Assembly: GCA_963693365.1 (NCBI GenBank)
Contig: CAVNZM010000018.1
Span: 863,861 to 927,860 of the forward strand
Length of the DNA: 64,000 nt
DNA from: Amoebidium appalachense
Taxonomy: Eukaryota; Protista; Ichthyosporea
Reading direction: 5' to 3'
The position numbers were made by a program, and so were the translations under genes. The notes under the pieces are model-generated. The model was not told the origin of the DNA. It saw nothing but the letters and a program-made list of their open reading frames with translations, and ran no database searches. This document shows positions 57,678-64,000 of this stretch, piece by piece (positions within the stretch are counted from its first letter, which is position 1; each line of letters opens with the position of its first letter).

Positions 57678-58737
57678 ACACCCCCCCAGCTGATACCGCA
57701 GGTGTCTGCACTCAACCCGGCCACCACGGCCTTCCCCCTTGTGCTTGTGCTTGCCATGACAGCAATCAAGGACGGTGTGGATGACTATGTATGTATGTGT
57801 GGGGGGGGGGGGGGGGGGGGGGGAGGGGGGACTGACTTGATCGGGTGTAGAAACGGCACCAGAGCGACAAGCAGATCAACACACGTGCAGTGGAGGTCCT
57901 GAGGGGGGACAGGTGCGGGCATGCTGCACTCAGGCGGGGGGGGGGGGGGGGGGGGGGGGGGAGGATGGGTCTGGGAGGGAGGTGTACTAAGTGATTGTGC
58001 AGCTGGGAGGAGGTGGAGTGGCAGGACGTATGTGTGGGGGACATAGTGCGCATGGAGGGGGGAGACATGGTGCCCTGCGACATGCTGCTGCTGGCCAGCG
58101 CACTGCCACAGGGATTGGCATATGTGGACACGGCTGAGCTGGACGGGTAGGGGGAGATGGGGGGGGCCTGCATGTGCCTGTGTGTGTGCCTGCATGTGCC
58201 CGTGTGTGTGCCTGCATGTGCCTGTGTGTGTGCCTGCATGTGCCCGTGTGTGTGCCTGCATGTGCCCGTGTGTATGCCTGCATGTGCCCGTGTGTGCGCC
58301 TGCATGTGCCCGTGTGTGTGCCTGCATGTGCCCGTGTGTGCGCCTGCATGTGCCCGTGTGTGTGCCTGCATGTGCCCGTGTGTGCGCCTGCATGTGCCCG
58401 TGTGTGCGCCTGCACGTGCTCTTCCTAGGCTGTAGGGCAGTGTGTGGTATGCAGGCAGGCCTTGCACGTGACCATGAACCACTCAGGGAGAGCAACCTCA
58501 AGACCAGGCAGGCCCTCCGCAGCACCTGGCAGACCCTGACCACCCCTGAGGCCCTGGCTGCTTTCAGAGGTAAGGGCGGGGGGGGGGGACAGAGTGTTGT
58601 GGTGTGTAAGGAAGTGCGGCGTGGAAGAGAATGTGGGACGAGGTGATAAGTTGGGAGCATGTCTGTGTGTGCCTGAGCGTTTGTGTTTCCTCTTTCTTTC
58701 TTTCTTTTGTACGTGCATGTTTTTTTTTTGTTTGTTT

Positions 58738-58768
<31 letters not shown>

Positions 58769-60011
58769 GGGGAGGAGGGGAGGGGGGAGGGGGGGGGGAG
58801 ACCTAGCTGATTTTTTGTTGGCAATGCAGCGGTGATGGTGTGTGAGCCGCCCAACCCTGAGCTGCACCAGTTCAGCGGCAAGCTCATCGACATCACAAGC
58901 GGCGCCACGGAGCCGTTGGACAACAGCTGTGTGCTGCTGAGGGTGCGCATGATTGGCTGGGCATAAGTCATAGGGCTGATGTGATTGGCTGGGCATAGGG
59001 CATATGGCTGATGTGATTGGCTGGGCTTAAGTCATAGGGCTGATGTGATTGGCTGGGCATAGGGCATAGGGCTGATGTGATTGGCAGGGCATGGCACTGC
59101 GCAACACCTCGTGGTGTGTGGGGTTGGCCTTCTTCACTGGCCACGACACCAAGCTGATGATGAACACCAGTGGCACACGCTTCAAGCGCACAAAGGCGTG
59201 TAGCCCCCGTCCCCCCCCCCCCCCCCCCCCCCCCCCCGGCCACACACACACACACCTGCCCCCCCTGCCCCCTCCCCCCCCCCCCCCTTTTTTTTTCTTT
59301 CTGCTGACCCACCTGTTACCAGATCGACCTGCAGGTCAACCGGCTGATTGTGGCCATCTTTGGCATCCTGGCTGCAATCAGTCTGCTCTCGGCTATCATG
59401 GCAGGCCTGTGGGCAAGTGGTACGTGCACCTGCATGCGGGGTGGATGGGAATGGGGGTGGAGGGGATTTTTTCCCAATTTTTGATGGAAAGGGGGGTGTC
59501 CTTTATATGAGGATGTATATGAATGGAGGGATTCGTTCCCTGACTGGTTTTGATTGTATGGAGGTCGTGTGTCTTTAATAATGTACCGGAGGGGGGGGGG
59601 GGGGAAGGATCATACGTGGGAGTTGGTGAGTGTGTGTGGTCTGTGCACTCCGAACATGGCATGGTGGCAGGGACTGACGGTGTGCACGTGCAGGCACAGG
59701 CAAAGGGTTTGAGGCCTATCTGCCCGTGGATGCAGACCTCAACACACCGGTCAAGATCGGGCTGGTGTCCTTCTTCACCTTTGTCATCCTCTACAGCACC
59801 CTCGTGCCCATCTCCCTCTATGTGTCTGTCGAGTTCATCAGGTAGTGTGCATAGTGCAAGGTGTGGGGTGTGGGTGCCCAGACAGAGCCAAGTAGGCAAG
59901 CTGCTGATAGGGGTGCAGGCTGGGCCAGAGTTTTCTGATCGACTGGGACCTGCGCATGTACCACGCACCAACAAACACCCCGGCATGTGCACGCACAACT
60001 ACCCTGAACGA

Positions 60012-60076
<65 letters not shown>

Positions 60077-60408
60077 TGTGCGCGGGTGTGTGCGGGTGTG
60101 AGCGTGTGCACATTTGTGTTTCTGTGTAGGTGCCGGGAGAGACTGACTATCACGTTGCTGGGGGTGCAGAGCTTGGGCAGATCGAGTACGTGTTCTCAGA
60201 CAAGACCGGCACCCTGACCCAGAACGTCATGCGCTTCCAGCAGTGCAGCATCAACGGTACTCGCGCGCGTGTGTGTGTGTGTGGAGGGGGGGATGATTCA
60301 GGGGGCTGACGGGGGGGGGCACAGGAGTGGTTTATGGCAAGGGGGAGACCGAGGCGAGCGCGGGGGCAGCCATGTGCAAGGGAAAGGTGTGCGTGTGTGT
60401 GTGTGTGT

Positions 60409-60490
<82 letters not shown>

Positions 60491-63400
60491 CCGTGCCCGT
60501 GCCCGTGCCCGTGCTTGCGTGCTTGAGTGCATGCGTGCGTGCGTGCTGCGCGTGTGTCCGCATATGTCGATGTTTTGTGTGTGCCGTGTCTGTTAGTGTG
60601 CGTGTCTGGTTCTGCGTGTGTTTGGGTGGTGTGTGTGTGTGCATGCATGGTGAATATTAGAGTATTGAATGATATCTTCCACAGAAGCACCAGGGCAATG
60701 AGACCTTGCAGGCAGCAGACTTCAGCTTCAACCCCCACCACGACCCCTCTTTTGTGTTCTACGACCAGTCATTGGTCGACAGGGCCAGCCAGGGGGACCA
60801 GCACGTGACGTCATTCTTCAGACTGCTGGCCCTGTGCCACACCGTGCAGTGCGAGGGTAGGAGGGGGGAGGGGGTGTGTGTATGGATGGAGGGCCTTTGG
60901 AGGGAAGAATGGCTGGGGGATCATATGGGCGGATGTGTATGGTGGGGGGGGCAGGTGAGTGTGGCATGTGGTGTTGGGCTGGGTGCTGTGTGGCTGATTA
61001 GTGTTGCCGTGCAGAGAGAGCAGATGGGCGGCTGCACTATGCAGCTGAGAGCCCAGACGAGGCAGCCCTGGTCACAGCAGCAAAGGAGTTTGGCTGTGTG
61101 TACAAGGCTAGGACACAGAATAGCCTGAGCATAGAGGTGCACGGGGGTGGGGGAGACATACGAGCTACTGCACGTGATTGAGTTCAACAGCGACAGAAAG
61201 AGAATGAGTGTCGTGCTGAGGACTAGAGAGGGCAGTATCTGGCTGCTGACTAAGGGTGCGTGGGTGGGTGTGTACACGTGTCTATATGTGAGCGTATTTG
61301 TGCACATATGTGGTTGCATGCACATGTGTACATGTGAGCGTGTTTGTGTGCATGCACGTGCGTACACGTGAGCGTATTTGTGCACATGTGTGTGTGCATG
61401 CACCTGTCTACATGTGAGCGTACTTGTGCATGTGTGTGTGTGCATGCACACATGTGCATGTGAGCGTATTTGTGCACGTATGTGTGTATATGCACGTGTG
61501 TACATATGAGTGCATTTGTGGATATGTGTATGTGCATGCACATGTGTACATGTGAGTGTGTTTGTGTGCATGCACGTGTGTACATGTGAGCGTATTTGTG
61601 CACACGTGTGTGTGCATGCACGTGTGTACATGTGAGTGTATTTTTGCGTGTGTGTGTGTGCATGCACGTGCGTACATGTGAGCGTATTTGTGCACACGTG
61701 TGTGCATGCACGTGCGTACATGTTAGCGTATTTGTGCACACGTGTGTGTGCATGCACGTGTGTACATGTGAGCATATTTTTGCGTGTGTGTGTGTGCATG
61801 CACGTGTGTACATGTGAGCGTATTTGTGCACATGTTTGTGTTTATACACGCGGGTACATGTGAGCATATTTGTGCACGTGTGTGTGTGTGTATGCACATG
61901 TGCAGATGTGAGCTCGTGGTTACATGTAGGTGTGCACATGTGGACATGTGGTGGTGCCAGCACCTGGGTAGACGTGTGTGCAAGCTTGTATATGTCTGCG
62001 TACACATGCATCTGTGTACGGGGTGCATGTGCTTATGTGCTTTGTGTGTACGTGCGCAGGGCATGCATTTGTGCTGTGTGTGTACCCTTGCAGTGCACGT
62101 TCTATCCCTTCTACCTCTATATCTGTGCCGTGACGCTACTCTCCCATTAGGGGCCGACAGTGTGATGTTCCCCCGGCTGGCCATCAGCAAGGCAATGGCC
62201 GACACCACCGACCAGCAGCTGGAGGCCTTTGCAACCATAGGCCTGAGAACCCTGGTGCGTGTGTTTGGGGGGGGGGGGGGGGGGGGGGGGGTTGTTGGGG
62301 GGGGGGGGGGGGTAGAGTTGTCGTGCACAGTGAGGGTAGGTAGACACACCGGAGTGTGTCACTGCTGTGTAAGAGCACGGAGGTGGATGGGTGCATGTAT
62401 GTGTGCACATACGTGCCTGCACATGCAATCTGTGTGGCCCCTCTAACATAGTTGCAGGTTCTTGGCCAGCGGGTGATCCCCCCGGATGAGTATGCACGGT
62501 GGGCGAGGGACTACCAGGCAGCTAGGCTGCAGCTGGAGGATAGGGCCGCAAAGGGTGTGTGTGTGTTTTTGTGTGTGTGTGTGTGTGTGTGTCTGTGGTG
62601 GCTGTTGTGTGCAGCGCGTCTTGACGTGGGTGGGTGGATGTGACTGGGTGGAAGTGTGTGTGTCTGTTTGTTGCTTTTTCATGCGCGGGTTGGTTGAGGC
62701 TATGCATGTGGCTAAGGGATGAGGGGAGGGGAGGGAGGCAGGGTAGGTGTATGTGCAGGCGTAAGCCGGTGTCTGTGTGAGCTGGCACTGTTTGTTCTGT
62801 GTGCACGTGCAGCCAGTGCCCACATGCCCGCACGTGCTGCCAGTGCCCACATGCGCCCATGTGCAGCCAGTGCCCACATGCGCTCATGTGCAGCCAGTGC
62901 CCACATGCGCTCACGTGCAGCCAGTGCCCACATGCGCTCACGTGCAGCCAGTGCCCACATGCCCGCACGTGCAGCCAGTGCCCACATGCCCGCACGTGCA
63001 GCCAGTGCCCACATGCCCGCACGTGCAGCCAGTGCCCACATGCCCGCACGTGCAGCCAGTGCCCACATGCCCGCACGTGCAGCCAGTGCCCACATGCGCT
63101 CACGTGCAGCCAGTGCCCACATGCGCTCACGTGCAGCCAGTGCCCACATGCCCGCACGTGCAGCCAGTGCCCACATGCGCTCGCGTGCAGCCAGTGCCCA
63201 CATGCGCTCGCGTGCAGCCAGTGCCCACATGCGCTCACGTGCAGCCAGTGCCCACATGCCCTCGCGTGCAGCCAGTGCCCACATGCCCTCGCGTGCAGCC
63301 AGTGCCCACATGCCCTCACGTGCAGCCAGTGCTCACATTGCCCACCCGCAGTGGATGCCGTGGCCGAGCGGCTGGAGACCAACCTGGACCTTGTGGGGGT

Positions 63401-63753
63401 GACGGCCATCGAGGACAGGCTGCAGGCCGGTGTGCCCACGGCTATAGCAAACCTGCGCAGGGCACACATCAAAGTCTGGGTAGGGGGGTGGGTGGGTGTG
63501 TAGGGGGGGAAGATACAGAAGGGAGAGCTGATTGGGTGTGGCAGGTGCTGACTGGGGACAAGCAAGAGACGGCCATCAACATTGGATTCTCGTGCAGACT
63601 GCTGGCCAATGACATGCAGGTATGGAGGGGGGGAGGGGGATGGGGGGGGGAGGGGGATGGAGGGTAAGTGGACTGACGGTGGCACAGATCTACATAGTCA
63701 ATGAGAGGACAAGAGACACCGTGGAGAGCCAGCTGCTGGCCGTGCAAGAGCAG
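56101..63753 (+). CDS. P4-type ATPase phospholipid flippase (ATP8B-like), 5' part; continues off the right edge
   Basis: [147 protein letters not shown]. Confidence 0.95.
56835..57255 (+). repeat. 28-bp intronic minisatellite beginning at the 5' splice site
   Basis: The unit ctatgtgcccacaccccccacactttgc is repeated about 14 times; the first unit starts with the donor GTATGT. Confidence 0.9.
58165..58418. repeat. 22-bp intronic minisatellite
   Basis: The unit gcctgcatgtgcccgtgtgtgt is repeated about 11 times. Confidence 0.9.
58948..59092 (+). repeat. 32-bp tandem repeat forming a whole intron and overlapping the 3' splice site
   Basis: GATTGGCTGGGC occurs at 58951, 58983, ~59015 and 59047; the final unit GATTGGCAG|GGCAT at 59079 carries the acceptor. 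Confidence 0.85.
61270..61930. repeat. ~44-46-bp RY-rich intronic satellite
   Basis: The unit catgtgagcgtatttgtgcacacgtgtgtgtgcatgcacgtgtgta is repeated about 14 times. Confidence 0.85.
62803..63340. repeat. 27-bp intronic minisatellite
   Basis: The unit cacgtgcagccagtgcccacatgcccg/gct is repeated about 19-20 times and ends just before the acceptor at ~63351. Confidence 0.92.
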
Positions 63754-63784
63754 GTGGGGCGCATGCGGTGCATGGGGGCTTACT

Positions 63785-64000
63785 GCATGCATGTGTGTGC
63801 CTGCACTGACTAGCATGCACGTGTGCTGCCTGCACTGACTAGCATGCATGTGTGTGCCTGCACTGACTAGCATGCATGTGTGTGCCTGCACTGACTAGCA
63901 TGCGTGTGTGCCTGCACTGGCTAGCATGCATGTGTGTTCCTGCACTGGCTAGCATGCGTGCGTGTGCCTATTAGCATGCACGTGTGTGCCTATTAGCATG
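63785..64000. repeat. ~28-bp intronic minisatellite
   Basis: The unit gcatgcatgtgtgtgcctgcactgacta is repeated about 6 times. Confidence 0.85.

Noticed and set aside
62522-63685. Long Cys/His-repeat ORFs ([16 protein letters not shown]) resembling metal-binding proteins
   Set aside because: They derive from a 27-bp satellite within a flippase intron that is open in most frames because its period is a multiple of 3.

Overview
Eukaryotic, intron-dense genomic window. Protein similarities (MON2, ATP8B-like flippase, bHLH-ZIP) suggest a unicellular holozoan, but this is an inference. Most ORFs in the six-frame track are artefacts of (CA)n, poly-G/C and RY-alternating repeats. Host genes reconstructed by hand from exons are: the 5' part of MON2 (-), a GH79 heparanase-like glycosidase (+), a BTB/KCTD protein (+), a CCHC-knuckle/AT-hook protein (+), a P5A ATPase ATP13A1/Spf1 (-), MAM33/C1QBP (-), a bHLH-ZIP factor (+) and the 5' part of a P4-ATPase flippase (+). 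The 11-31 kb interval is accessory. It holds an internally deleted piggyBac-family transposon with a Tudor-like N-terminus, a decayed LRR pseudogene, a repeated 23-bp palindrome, ~280-bp inverted repeats and kb-long (CA)n tracts. The most notable signals are: (1) several introns built from tandem copies of their own splice junction, often with the GT or AG inactivated in the copies; (2) the Tudor-like piggyBac transposase; (3) an array of SUMO-consensus motifs on the flippase N-tail; (4) an 11x80-bp hairpin array between convergent genes; (5) three GC-AG introns. No CRISPR array, tRNA or rRNA was found. All calls are by eye with no database search, and exon coordinates are approximate.
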